Virus record (IMG/VR): IMGVR_UViG_3300031884_000002
Location: 186,001-250,000 of that record
Length of the DNA stretch: 64,000 nucleotides
Reading direction: 5' to 3' (one strand)
Each line of letters begins with the position of its first letter. The first letter of the stretch is position 1. Made by a program: the position numbers and the translations under genes. The notes under the pieces were generated by a model that was not told where the DNA came from, made no database searches, and was given only the letters and a program-made list of their open reading frames with translations. Shown here in pieces: positions 35,831-46,211 of the stretch.

Positions 35831-37969
35831 TTATGAAACAGTTATATCTTTATAGCCATTATTTAACGCCCATTCTGCTACTCTAAAAATTTCAACTAAT
35901 CTAACATTTATATCCTCATCATTCAATCCCATACTAATCATATGTGTTCCTCCTAATTGATTGCCGATATTACCAGCCATTTGGTCATGGGGATTGTCAC
36001 TCTTATCAAATGGATTTTCCGGTTCCGGTTCATCCGTTTGTTTCCATTCATCCCCTTCTTCTGGCTTAGGTTTAGGCTTAAATTCTTTACGTTGAATTTG
36101 ATTTTGTTTAACCCAGTCTTTATCGGATTGAATTGATAATATTCGATCTTTCAACTCTTGTGCCGACATTCTAAATACGTTTCCATTATCAATCGGATCA
36201 AATTGTAAGACTTCCTTAAACATATGATAAGCATTACGATTTGACATATTCAATTCAGGAGGTCCATTGTATTTGGTTTTATTGTCGGTGATAATTACTC
36301 TAATCACTTCACTATTAAGCATTCGGCTCTTTTCCCGTTTGAATTTCCCCAGTGTGATATTCAATTTTTTCAATTCATTAAATATCCCGAGTAATACCTG
36401 CTTAATAGTTTTTGAGGTGAATCCAGCAATGTAAAAATTTATTATTCCAGTGTTTCCTTCTCCTTTTTCCCAGTAAGAACCATCCGTGGTTAAGATGTCA
36501 TAAGTAGTGCCGACTTTATTTTTATTAAAATAATCTAATTGATCTTTTGGTAGATTCCGAAGTATGGGAGACAATACCGTGTCACATAGATAATAAGTCA
36601 AATCATGAACGCTATCCAGTCTATGTTTATAGGAGGCTCCATCAATATAAACATTCATTGATTCCGATAACATTTTAGGAGTCTTTCTTTTGGTAATGTC
36701 TATCTGCCATCGATGTCCTTTAATATGTAATGGATCATTTTCAGGAACGCCGGCTCCAACACCTTCTCCCATAGATTTATTTATATATTTAAGTCGTTTT
36801 TTAATTTCGTCATTATACGTTTGATAATCAATCATGGATTGTAATATTATAGAATCATCTTGTTTATTTTTTATTCCATACTGATATGCCCGTTTTGATT
36901 TTTCTCTTAATGCGTTAAGATTATCAAGTGTCAATCCATTTAATGATTGGAATGTTTTATCATAAAACGGTTTAGGATGACGTTGTTTTAAATCTTTTTG
37001 TTTAATCTCCATTACAATATTATTACTATACCATTCTTCTAAATAATTTAATAACTCTTGTAATGATGGAAATGATATAGCCGGACTTTTAAACTTTAAT
37101 CGGAATGCTCCAGTGTGTGCATTAATCACCCATTCTCCATCTCTCATGTTATTATAACCAAATCCTTCTTGTAGCCTAAATGAATTACAAAACCATTCAT
37201 CATGTAAAAATATTTTTACGGATGTTCCATTTGGTTCTATATGAAAATTAGAAGTTTTTGAATTAATATCTGCGTTTTCATCAATACTTAATTCTTTGTC
37301 ATATTGATTGGTGATTGAAGTTTTCAATTTTCCAATAATTCCTTTTTTACGAAGTAATTTATATACAATATTTTCAACACTTAATTCTCCATCGGTATCA
37401 AGTCCATATTGTCTAAATGCGTCCAAATAATCCTTGGCACGTTTCATGGTTTCTTGATTTCCAGATGATATAGAATTATCAATATATTTTTTAACACCAG
37501 TATATTTTATTTGAATCAATGATTTATCTATGCCTTCTATATTCTGTCTTGATGGTTTTTTAATCCATTGATTTTTAATAATAGAATATATTCCATTGAC
37601 ATATGGTTTTTCTGCCGCCATATCTTGGATATTCATTTCTACTTTATGTCCTTTAATTTCTATATTATGTTCTCCATTCCATTGAGAACTAACCAATTTA
37701 ACCATTTTAATAGCGGTTTCTTCTGGCATCTGTAACGCTTTTAAATCAACTATAACATGAATATCGATATCACTTTCAACATTCCAATTAAAAGAAGCCA
37801 ATGAACCCATAAAATATACATCTATAACTGGAGCCTCAAATTTTGATTTCCTATAAAAATCATCGGATATTTTTAGTAAATCAAGTCTTATTTCAGGATT
37901 TAAATTATAGGCCGCATCCCATATTTCAGGATTTAAACTATTATGAATAATGACAGGAGAATTACGCAT
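35831..37969 (-). CDS. Multidomain protein with N-terminal Pol-beta-fold nucleotidyltransferase
   Basis: MGSLASFNWNVESDIDIHV (GS..DxD), third acidic residue in VEMNIQD; further unrecognised modules. Confidence 0.7.
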   Translation of the reverse strand: MRNSPVIIHNSLNPEIWDAAYNLNPEIRLDLLKISDDFYRKSKFEAPVIDVYFMGSLASFNWNVESDIDIHVIVDLKALQMPEETAIKMVKLVSSQWNGEHNIEIKGHKVEMNIQDMAAEKPYVNGIYSIIKNQWIKKPSRQNIEGIDKSLIQIKYTGVKKYIDNSISSGNQETMKRAKDYLDAFRQYGLDTDGELSVENIVYKLLRKKGIIGKLKTSITNQYDKELSIDENADINSKTSNFHIEPNGTSVKIFLHDEWFCNSFRLQEGFGYNNMRDGEWVINAHTGAFRLKFKSPAISFPSLQELLNYLEEWYSNNIVMEIKQKDLKQRHPKPFYDKTFQSLNGLTLDNLNALREKSKRAYQYGIKNKQDDSIILQSMIDYQTYNDEIKKRLKYINKSMGEGVGAGVPENDPLHIKGHRWQIDITKRKTPKMLSESMNVYIDGASYKHRLDSVHDLTYYLCDTVLSPILRNLPKDQLDYFNKNKVGTTYDILTTDGSYWEKGEGNTGIINFYIAGFTSKTIKQVLLGIFNELKKLNITLGKFKREKSRMLNSEVIRVIITDNKTKYNGPPELNMSNRNAYHMFKEVLQFDPIDNGNVFRMSAQELKDRILSIQSDKDWVKQNQIQRKEFKPKPKPEEGDEWKQTDEPEPENPFDKSDNPHDQMAGNIGNQLGGTHMISMGLNDEDINVRLVEIFRVAEWALNNGYKDITVS

Positions 37970-38537
37970 TGGAAATATTGATTATAAATGCATCGGCAGT
38001 ATCACGAGTAATTCTTGTGATTTTAAACTTAAGAGGAAGATTAGACATATTTACAGGTCTAATTTGACCTTCAAACATTTTTGAATAATCTCCTGAATCA
38101 ATGACTATTTCTTCTACCTTTTCTCCACCTTCATTTTCTATAAGACCCATTGCTTGCATTTGCCCTCCGGGTTGTTCTTTAGAATATTTAGCCTCTCCGC
38201 TAAGATTCATCATTTCTTTATCTTGGGGATATGCATCAGTAGCAGATTCTTGTTTTAATTTTCTACGTCTTTCTTGTTCTTCTGCTACATAGGGACGAAG
38301 CCATGGAATCACTTCATCTAAATTTATTTCTGGATATTCTATAATAGCACCGCAATCACTGTGCCGCATTGTATCTCCACCATCATCCGAGTATGTATGT
38401 TTTTCAAATATTTCTTTGTTACAATGAGGACATATATCATATTCCTGTGGACGAGAACCTTTTTTAATCAGATTCTCAGTAGTAAATCTGGCTATGGTTT
38501 CGGAAATGAGTTTTTGAGTGTCAATATCTACGTTCAT
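37962..38537 (-). CDS. Hypothetical protein with CxxC..HxxC finger (likely start 38537)
   Basis: TATTTATA 4 nt before ATG at 38537; CPHC..HSDC. Confidence 0.55.
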   Translation of the reverse strand: MNVDIDTQKLISETIARFTTENLIKKGSRPQEYDICPHCNKEIFEKHTYSDDGGDTMRHSDCGAIIEYPEINLDEVIPWLRPYVAEEQERRRKLKQESATDAYPQDKEMMNLSGEAKYSKEQPGGQMQAMGLIENEGGEKVEEIVIDSGDYSKMFEGQIRPVNMSNLPLKFKITRITRDTADAFIINISNA

Positions 38538-38573
38538 ATTATATAAATATAATATAAAATGTAGATATGTCAA

Positions 38574-39095
38574 TCAAGTTTTAGATAATCGAATTATTTT
38601 ATCTATGGAAGTTTCATAGGAATTAGAATTATGTAATATACCTACTCCTCCTTCTTTATTCCAGTCTTGAATTGTATCTTCCATATCATCTATAAGTATT
38701 CCAATATTAGTGGCATAGCACTTCTTCCATCTTCTACCCCGAACTATGTATATTTTCTCGTATATTATCTCTGGGATGTGTTTTTTAAGCCACATCTTCT
38801 TCCCTTGTTCTACGACCATAGAATAACCTTCATCGGATGTTCCAGTGGAAGATAGAATACGAATATCAGAATAATGAGTTATGGCGGCATTGTATAATTC
38901 TTTACCTCCCTTAATCCAATCCATATCAGCCCAAAAATCAATTCCGGCATCTAAAAATATTTGTCTGGCTTTCTTATCTCCATGTTTTTGGTTATATTGT
39001 TTTATAGTTAATCCTCCCGATAAATTGGAATATGATTTATCAAAGTCACATAACACCCCATCCAAATCTAAAAATAATTTGTAATTTCTATTCAT
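38574..39095 (-). CDS. HAD-family 5'(3')-deoxyribonucleotidase-like protein
   Basis: LFLDLDGVLCDF, ILSS, GKKMWL, ILIDD..W..GG.GILH. Confidence 0.85.
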   Translation of the reverse strand: MNRNYKLFLDLDGVLCDFDKSYSNLSGGLTIKQYNQKHGDKKARQIFLDAGIDFWADMDWIKGGKELYNAAITHYSDIRILSSTGTSDEGYSMVVEQGKKMWLKKHIPEIIYEKIYIVRGRRWKKCYATNIGILIDDMEDTIQDWNKEGGVGILHNSNSYETSIDKIIRLSKT

Positions 39096-39102
39096 TGTAT
39101 AG

Positions 39103-39130
39103 ATTATACCGAATATTTGGAAAATGTCAA
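39103..39130 (-). promoter_or_regulatory. sigma70-type promoter TTGACA-16-TATAAT, 7 nt from ATG
   Basis: Consensus hexamers read on the minus strand. Confidence 0.8.
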
Positions 39131-39344
39131 TAAAATATCGGTAAAATTGAAAATTGGAAGATTTTATTTCTACGTAACTTGTTTATATTCAGGCATTTAT
39201 AAGAAATACATTACTATCTTTTATACATTTGAAATTTCAAAATACGTCAAATCCTCAATGTTTTCATTATAATAAGTTGACGAGTAAAATAAAATCTGAT
39301 ATACTCTTAATAGATAAAGAAAAGTAACAAAAGAAAATAATAAA

Positions 39345-40988
39345 TTATTTCAATAAATTTATTAATTTATAATGTTCTGTTAATTTATCTAAATCACTTG
39401 CATATTTAGTAATATCTGCTTTGCTATTTAAATTAGCTATTTTTGATAATACAGTATCAAGTGTTCCTTTATCAATTCCATCTTTTAACTTTCTATCAAT
39501 TATAGTTTTTATTTCTGGAAACTTAGATATTGCTTTCTCTGCAAATGTTGAATAACTTACATTTGATGGTTTACTGGGAGACGTAGGTTTATTTTTAATT
39601 TCTGGTTCACGTATATTTGATGGGGGAGGATTTACCGGAGTTCCTGTATCTACAGGAGTAGGTTCTTTTAATGCTTTACGAACATATTCTTCAGTCGATA
39701 ACCCAGTTCCGTTGGCATCAACTACTAATTTTATATATTCTCTAGCTTCCTTTTCATTTTTACACTTGTTTAAAGTTAGTAATGCTTTAACTGCATTTTG
39801 TATGTTAGGTATTTCAAAAATATCAACTTCCGCAGGTTTAATGTCAACGTTTCCATTTGCCTTTACTGCTTCATTATAATTCTCTTTAGCATCTTCTCTT
39901 TTTAAAATATTAGGGTCAAATCCTGCATTTTTAAGAGCCATTACAAATTGACCGAAATCTTTTCCAGTTTCTATTAAATTAATATCTTCTGGATTTTTTC
40001 CACTTAAAATCGAACTTATCACATCCAACTTAAACACTTGTGGTTTACCATCTCTATTATTAAACTTAATACTTTTTTCATTTGGGTCAAATATAAACTT
40101 GATTTTTTCTGGATCTTCTTTAATTCCTTTATATTCAGTCCATTTTTGTTCTACTCCTCCTAATAACGATTTAAATAATGGAACTGAATATTTGGATTCT
40201 ATAGCATTCAATTCATTTGAATCTTTAATTTTTTTAATTAAGTTACTATTTTTATTGGCAGATTCCAATAAAAACTTAACGGAAGGGTTTACATATGATG
40301 GACTATTAGGATTTATCTGGTCGTCCCAAAACTCAAACATTACTATTTCTCCAGTTTTATTTTCATTCGGAATATTTACTGCTTCTTCTATTGCAACTGT
40401 ATCTCCCGATTTTTCATCATTTTCTTTTTCTTCGTTTTCCCATAATACCAATATTCTATTTCTATGTATTTTATTGGACCATTTTAAACTTATTTTTTTA
40501 AACTTATCATTTGATAATTTAACCGTTTTAGTTACATTTAACGGCAATCCAAAGTTTCTATATTTTCTAAAATGTCCTCGGAACCAATTCATCCATCCTC
40601 CAGCCTCTTCTTCTGTATTTCCTACTTCCTTTTCAGTCGTTCTTCCACCCTCAGAATCATCCCCTATGTCTATTCCATGTGATTCTTCCTCTATAGCTAC
40701 AACTCCATCATCACTACTTCTATTTCCAGCAATAGCATCTACATCTAAATCATTACCCTCTACATCTGTGTTTGGATCGGGTTCTCCTAATTTAGAAATA
40801 ATCATTTTACAAACTGAATCTACAATTTTTAAAAAATCAAGTTCCGCTTGATTTAATTGATTTTTATTCGAAGTTTGATTGGTAGAATTAACAGGTTTAG
40901 AAAATCTATTTTTTAATTTATCAATCCATCCAGCCTCATTTATATAAGGGGAACCTTGTAAATTGTATAAATATTTATTCGCTATCAT
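39345..40988 (-). CDS. Large hypothetical protein, possibly virion-internal, with a RuvA domain III-like helical module
   Basis: INE/IEE motifs; NAVKALLTL..EKEAREYI..LSTEEYVRKALK. Confidence 0.55.
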   Translation of the reverse strand: MIANKYLYNLQGSPYINEAGWIDKLKNRFSKPVNSTNQTSNKNQLNQAELDFLKIVDSVCKMIISKLGEPDPNTDVEGNDLDVDAIAGNRSSDDGVVAIEEESHGIDIGDDSEGGRTTEKEVGNTEEEAGGWMNWFRGHFRKYRNFGLPLNVTKTVKLSNDKFKKISLKWSNKIHRNRILVLWENEEKENDEKSGDTVAIEEAVNIPNENKTGEIVMFEFWDDQINPNSPSYVNPSVKFLLESANKNSNLIKKIKDSNELNAIESKYSVPLFKSLLGGVEQKWTEYKGIKEDPEKIKFIFDPNEKSIKFNNRDGKPQVFKLDVISSILSGKNPEDINLIETGKDFGQFVMALKNAGFDPNILKREDAKENYNEAVKANGNVDIKPAEVDIFEIPNIQNAVKALLTLNKCKNEKEAREYIKLVVDANGTGLSTEEYVRKALKEPTPVDTGTPVNPPPSNIREPEIKNKPTSPSKPSNVSYSTFAEKAISKFPEIKTIIDRKLKDGIDKGTLDTVLSKIANLNSKADITKYASDLDKLTEHYKLINLLK

Positions 40989-41030
40989 ATGTAATATAAA
41001 TATATTATAATATATTGTTTAACTAAAAAA

Positions 41031-41055
41031 TAAACCTCCCATTAGAGGAGGTTTA
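41031..41055 (-). terminator. Intrinsic terminator after the sheath gene
   Basis: taaacctcc..ggaggttta inverted repeat with T-tract. Confidence 0.75.
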
Positions 41056-41075
41056 TATGTTTTTTAATTGCTCAC

Positions 41076-44000
41076 TTAAGAGATTGTCGGAAATGACGCA
41101 CCAGTAGTCGTAATGGTAATTGGAATCTTCAAAAACTCAGCAGTCTTGGTTGGTTTAATCCAAAGTTGACATACCATTATATTCTGGTCTTCCAATGCAG
41201 GAGTATTATTAGATGCATCCATTACTAATTGGAACGCATATAATCCGCTTCTTTGTTGAACTCCTTCTAAGTATGGATTTGCAATCGCAAGAAGTTTATT
41301 CCAAGTTGCCGCATTACTCTGTTCGAATAATACGTATTTTCCAACTGATGCAAAAAACTTTTTGATATTGATTAATAATCTACGAACACTAATTCTATTA
41401 GTAGCATTAGATGCATTTTGAAGTGTTTTTTGACCCCATACCACAAATCCTTCATCTGGAAATGATACGATAGGATTAACCTTTCCTTCGTATAATGTAT
41501 CACGCTCACTATTGATTACACGATCAGTAACTCCTACTGCTCCGGGAATACCACCACGATTTAAACCAGCAACCGCAAACCATTCTGCTGATACATTATC
41601 ACTTGCGGCATAAACGGCTGGTAATACTACAGATGGAGGAACAGTTACAATTTGATTTATATTTGTATCAAGTATTCTTACCCATGGATAATAAGTTCCG
41701 GCATAACTTGTATCAAATTCAGCAGCCAAATCAACAGTTTCGGTTATTTGACCCGTAGCCGGATTTCCACCATCTTCATAGATATCAAGAATATAAAACA
41801 CATCGCCACGAGTTTCACACATGTCAACTACTAAATTAGTAACATATGAATGTAATGAATAAATAATACCAGGAGTGGTGATTAAATTAATATCCCATTC
41901 ATCAGCATTACTAAGAGCACCTATACATTGAGCATAAGCAACTGAACCTGCGGCAGTACTGTTAGCACAATTTAATCCTTGGGTATTTCCAGCTACAATA
42001 TTATCACCAACATTGACTGGGATAGAAGGAGCCTGACCATCGAATCCACCTTGGAACCCAAGAATAAAGTTTCTCATTTTAACATAAGTACTTTCATTCA
42101 CTGGATCAACACTGGCAGAAATAACAGTACTTCCATTTATAAATGACCCAGTACTAACTCCGAAATCAGTATATTCAACATCCAATGCGAATAGTTTTCC
42201 AGCCGATACAGAATTAGCTGGAACCGGAGCAAAATAAGGTAAGTTATCAGGATATGCATCGACCCCCATTGAACAAGTTGGGTATAATCCAATTAACTCA
42301 GCGTCGGCGCTATTAGGAGGACCAGCAAAATCAACACCGGATGGATATTTTCCGGGATATAATCCATATACAGATGCCTTGGTATATGCCATGTGAGTAA
42401 CAAACATTCCAATTCCTCCGGCTAACGGTGAAGAATATGCAGCAAATCCATAAGGAACAGCAGTTACGGGATAATTCGTATCTGCCATTTGTATTCTTAT
42501 ATATTGGCTTACATTTGCATAAATACCATATGTTACAATTTTACCATTAAAATTGATATATGAATATTGATCTCCGATTACACGAGCAATATAATTAGGA
42601 GATGTAGGATCTAAAGTTAAATTATTATATTGCTCCAATATAACTGGCTGTCTATCAGTATCATCAAATGCTCTTACTGTAAGAGTGAATGATCCCCAAT
42701 CACTACCGGCAACCTGAGTTGCTAATTTTACATTGGAGATTTGTATTTTGCATAGTTGATTTGCATAAGTACCATCTGCTAACGTAGCAACTTGAAACAA
42801 ATTAAAACGAGTTGGAGTTCCACCGTTCCACGATGCAATTTGTTGAGATAATATCCAAGGAGTATACGCATTAGTCAATGAATAAACAGAATCTCCTTTA
42901 GTTGGCTGGAATGAGTTTGCATCGGTAAAGTTTAAAGGTTCTCCTGCATATGCAGTTGATCCAGAAGGCATTGCCGACCCAAATATTTTCCAATTATTAG
43001 GTTGAGATACAACTTCTGCTATTTTTGAAGGATATAAGTTATAAAGATATGCAGATTCAATCTTGGTTCCCGCCGCATAGGTTGCTTGATTACCAGCCGT
43101 TGGATTATTTCCGAATACATTTGTAATATAATGTGGATCGCTTTCGACCAATGAAAAATTATATATTCCATATCCACTACCCAATGAAGAACTTAGAACA
43201 ATTGCAAAATTATCAGCAGGTAAATTAGCCAATTGTGATGCAGTTGTAAATCCATAAGAACTACTTAATGTAGAACCATAAAATCCCGGAACTTGCAAGG
43301 TAGAAGTATTTAAGTTTTCCCATTGTGTATTTCCCAATACCGCTAATACTTTTTGAACGGGAGCACCAGTCCATTGGAACGAACAAGTATTATATACACC
43401 GGAACTTGCATAAAATCCACCATCTAAATATCCAAATGAACCACTCAAACATCCATTAACTATTAAACTTACATTTCCACAATGGTCAGTTGAGGTAATA
43501 ACTCCACCATTCATTATATAGATATCAGGAGCACCAACCGCAGGATTTCCTAAATCTTGAGAATCGGAAATTACAGAACTATTAGCCGATATAATTTGAG
43601 AAGTATAGAAGGTAGGTGGATATTGTTCGAGTGGAACATTTCCTTGAGTATAATCAAAACTTGCACTTAATCCGGCACTAAATAAAATACTGCTTAATAT
43701 AGAAGCAGATGCGGCAGATCCAGTCAATGCAAAAAATGATGCTGATGAAACTTGAAATGCTCCTGTATAAAGTAAAGTTCCATTAATATTACCAGCCGCA
43801 GTTTGACCATAATAAATTAAACTTCCACTTGGTCCCGGAGTCCCTGCAATCGCAGTTCCTTGTGCCGGTTGTAAAGTTAATGATGATGCAACTCCATTAA
43901 GTTCAATTGAACCACTTACATATACCGTATTAACATAAAATCCAGTAAAACTTCCAGTACCTGAAAAACTTCCTGTACCAGTTAAGCTTCCAGTAATCGT

Positions 44001-44585
44001 AGAAGTTCCAGAAACGGATAACCCGCTTCCGCTTTGAGCAACTCCTCCATTTATACTTCCCGTACCTGATAAAAATCCAGTTCCGGAAAAATATCCACTT
44101 CCACTAAAAATACCATCAACATTAGAAATACTACCGGGAGATGAAAAAGAAGCAGTATAAGGATAAGTTACGCCCGCTGTATTAAATGACATTCCAATTG
44201 GAATCTGGCCATATGCTGGAAGTGTAATATTTGAAGATTGAGATACTAAATATCCACAATCCATAGCACGAGTCCATTCTCCACTTTGAGCATAAATAAC
44301 AAATGGATATTTTTGAGTATATCCGGTTAATGCTCCAACACGACAAACAGTGACAAATCCTTTAGCCTGTAAATATTGAGTGGCAGTATAAGGACCATAA
44401 TAGGTTCCATCAGGAGTTCCAAATTGTGCCTGTAAGGTTGGAATATCGGTAAATGTAGTTGGATAAAACCCAACTCCTTGAGGAAATGGTGCCACGACAA
44501 CTGCGCCAATATCAGCAACGCCTTGAGCGATACCAGATTGGTTTATTTCGTTTATAAAAACACCGGGAGAAATCATGTTTGACAT
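41076..44585 (-). CDS. Contractile tail sheath protein (T4 gp18-like) with large insertion
   Basis: ISPGVFINE; YAGTYYPWV..WFAVAGLNRG..LYEGKVNPI..VWGQKTLQ..RISVRRLL..LFE..KPTKTAEF. Confidence 0.95.
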   Translation of the reverse strand: MSNMISPGVFINEINQSGIAQGVADIGAVVVAPFPQGVGFYPTTFTDIPTLQAQFGTPDGTYYGPYTATQYLQAKGFVTVCRVGALTGYTQKYPFVIYAQSGEWTRAMDCGYLVSQSSNITLPAYGQIPIGMSFNTAGVTYPYTASFSSPGSISNVDGIFSGSGYFSGTGFLSGTGSINGGVAQSGSGLSVSGTSTITGSLTGTGSFSGTGSFTGFYVNTVYVSGSIELNGVASSLTLQPAQGTAIAGTPGPSGSLIYYGQTAAGNINGTLLYTGAFQVSSASFFALTGSAASASILSSILFSAGLSASFDYTQGNVPLEQYPPTFYTSQIISANSSVISDSQDLGNPAVGAPDIYIMNGGVITSTDHCGNVSLIVNGCLSGSFGYLDGGFYASSGVYNTCSFQWTGAPVQKVLAVLGNTQWENLNTSTLQVPGFYGSTLSSSYGFTTASQLANLPADNFAIVLSSSLGSGYGIYNFSLVESDPHYITNVFGNNPTAGNQATYAAGTKIESAYLYNLYPSKIAEVVSQPNNWKIFGSAMPSGSTAYAGEPLNFTDANSFQPTKGDSVYSLTNAYTPWILSQQIASWNGGTPTRFNLFQVATLADGTYANQLCKIQISNVKLATQVAGSDWGSFTLTVRAFDDTDRQPVILEQYNNLTLDPTSPNYIARVIGDQYSYINFNGKIVTYGIYANVSQYIRIQMADTNYPVTAVPYGFAAYSSPLAGGIGMFVTHMAYTKASVYGLYPGKYPSGVDFAGPPNSADAELIGLYPTCSMGVDAYPDNLPYFAPVPANSVSAGKLFALDVEYTDFGVSTGSFINGSTVISASVDPVNESTYVKMRNFILGFQGGFDGQAPSIPVNVGDNIVAGNTQGLNCANSTAAGSVAYAQCIGALSNADEWDINLITTPGIIYSLHSYVTNLVVDMCETRGDVFYILDIYEDGGNPATGQITETVDLAAEFDTSYAGTYYPWVRILDTNINQIVTVPPSVVLPAVYAASDNVSAEWFAVAGLNRGGIPGAVGVTDRVINSERDTLYEGKVNPIVSFPDEGFVVWGQKTLQNASNATNRISVRRLLINIKKFFASVGKYVLFEQSNAATWNKLLAIANPYLEGVQQRSGLYAFQLVMDASNNTPALEDQNIMVCQLWIKPTKTAEFLKIPITITTTGASFPTIS

Positions 44586-44701
44586 ACGTTTATATTTTAT
44601 TTTTTAATAAAAATCTCAATATCCAACTACCAATTAAATATTGAAACTATTAAATATAAATATAACTCGTTTTCTCAAAGATATAAAAAAATATTATATT
44701 T

Positions 44702-44968
44702 TTATACTGTGGAAGATGGTGTAAAAGTTCCATCGGTTAAACTTAGATTTCCTTCGCCATAACTACTAAGAATCTTATTTAACAGGTCTTTTTCTGTTTT
44801 TTGAAGGTTAATCCATGCCGCTTCTGTTTCTTTTTCTGCGTTCTCAAGATTTAATCTCTCTACTTTAAGAGTTCCAAATCGCAATAATGTTTGCTGAATA
44901 TTAGATTGTAACTGTTTAATATCGGACATTTCCGATTCTTTTAATTTTACTGGAGTAACTTTATTCAT
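44702..44968 (-). CDS. Small coiled-coil hypothetical protein
   Basis: 88 aa; ends YGEGNLSLTDGTF. Confidence 0.6.
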   Translation of the reverse strand: MNKVTPVKLKESEMSDIKQLQSNIQQTLLRFGTLKVERLNLENAEKETEAAWINLQKTEKDLLNKILSSYGEGNLSLTDGTFTPSSTV

Positions 44969-45003
44969 GTTTATATATATTTGATTATTTTATTTTTTAT
45001 TTA

Positions 45004-45432
45004 TTATATTTTGATTTTTTCCAATGCCGACGTATCGGCATAAGTATAATATTCATCTTCAGATGTTTGTATTGTATTCCATATGGTTTCGGCTCTACCT
45101 ATTCTATGGTCCTTACCCGATACAATTCCCTTATAACGATTAGATAAACAATATTTCAATGCTGCTTGATATAATAATAGTCCAAATCCTTCTTTTTTTT
45201 GAACTGCTGATATGAAATCCACATATAAATAACCACTTTTTGGTTTTATATCCCCCAAATCATCAAAATTAGAAGTTAAAGTTATGTATCCCAATGCTTC
45301 ATTATTATCCGACAACATATCTATACTGATTGAATATTCATTATTTTTAATAGTAGAAAATTTTATTTTTCCTTCTTTATATAAAATAAATGCTAATTTT
45401 TCTTCAGTTAATAATGATTTTAACTTAATCAT
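45004..45432 (-). CDS. GNAT-like acetyltransferase with MIKLK leader
   Basis: LGYITL..YVDFISAVQKKEGFGLLLYQAAL..AETIW. Confidence 0.6.
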   Translation of the reverse strand: MIKLKSLLTEEKLAFILYKEGKIKFSTIKNNEYSISIDMLSDNNEALGYITLTSNFDDLGDIKPKSGYLYVDFISAVQKKEGFGLLLYQAALKYCLSNRYKGIVSGKDHRIGRAETIWNTIQTSEDEYYTYADTSALEKIKI

Positions 45433-46208
45433 ATAAAATATGTTTTATAGTTTATATTTTCATTTAGAGGATTGTAATTATTCCAACCTGATAGTTCATA
45501 CTGATATTTTTGCAATTTAATATTTAATTCTCGTATTTCATTTTCCATTCCTCCCATAGAGTCCAATCTTTCAATTTCACGTTCTATTTTAGGTATTTCA
45601 TATGTTAAAAATAAAAATCTTTTTTCTTTTATACTTGATAATTTAGCCTCATCTAATTTTTCTTTGGGTAAGTCGAAATGCATCTTTTCACCTTTAATTG
45701 GAGAATATACTATTTTATCAATAGTTACTTCCATGTCTACCACTGTATCTTTTTCATCGAATGAATTAGATTTAACATATGCCAATGTAAGATGGGGATG
45801 ATATATTGGATGAGAATCTTCATTGGGAAACTCACATGCTGCTTTATTTAATTTTTTAATAACATCGGATTCTACATCATATTTAACAACATCAAATCCT
45901 TTTTCTTTATTTTTGAATTGACTTATACTTTTAAGCGTAGCTTTAAATTGAATTACATCTTTGATTAAATTTTCAATTTCTTTTTTAGTAAGATCAGGAA
46001 AAAAACCATACTTTATAGTAATATGAATTTCTTCTAATTCTCTTCCCATTCCTTCTTCTTTTGTATATAAAACATCGTCTGATATTATATCTTTTCCAAT
46101 TTTAATTATTTTTTTAGAATCTTTATCACTGATGAAGCACATTAAACATCCATAATCAACGGATTTTTTTCCACGGTCTTCATTTAACATATTTTTTAAT
46201 TTAATCAT
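45429..46208 (-). CDS. 2H phosphoesterase (T4 57B/Acb1-like) with MIKLK leader and C-terminal coiled coil
   Basis: Two HxT motifs (HITIKYG, YHPHLTLAYVK); YGCLM near the N-terminus. Confidence 0.75.
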   Translation of the reverse strand: MIKLKNMLNEDRGKKSVDYGCLMCFISDKDSKKIIKIGKDIISDDVLYTKEEGMGRELEEIHITIKYGFFPDLTKKEIENLIKDVIQFKATLKSISQFKNKEKGFDVVKYDVESDVIKKLNKAACEFPNEDSHPIYHPHLTLAYVKSNSFDEKDTVVDMEVTIDKIVYSPIKGEKMHFDLPKEKLDEAKLSSIKEKRFLFLTYEIPKIEREIERLDSMGGMENEIRELNIKLQKYQYELSGWNNYNPLNENINYKTYFI

Positions 46209-46211
46209 ATA

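Noticed and set aside
40099-40851. 250-aa plus-strand ORF and other antisense track ORFs (e.g. 4803, 5363, 6738, 22824, 26647, 29218, 57694, 63664)
   Set aside because: They lie wholly opposite well-supported genes and have the biased composition of antisense shadows
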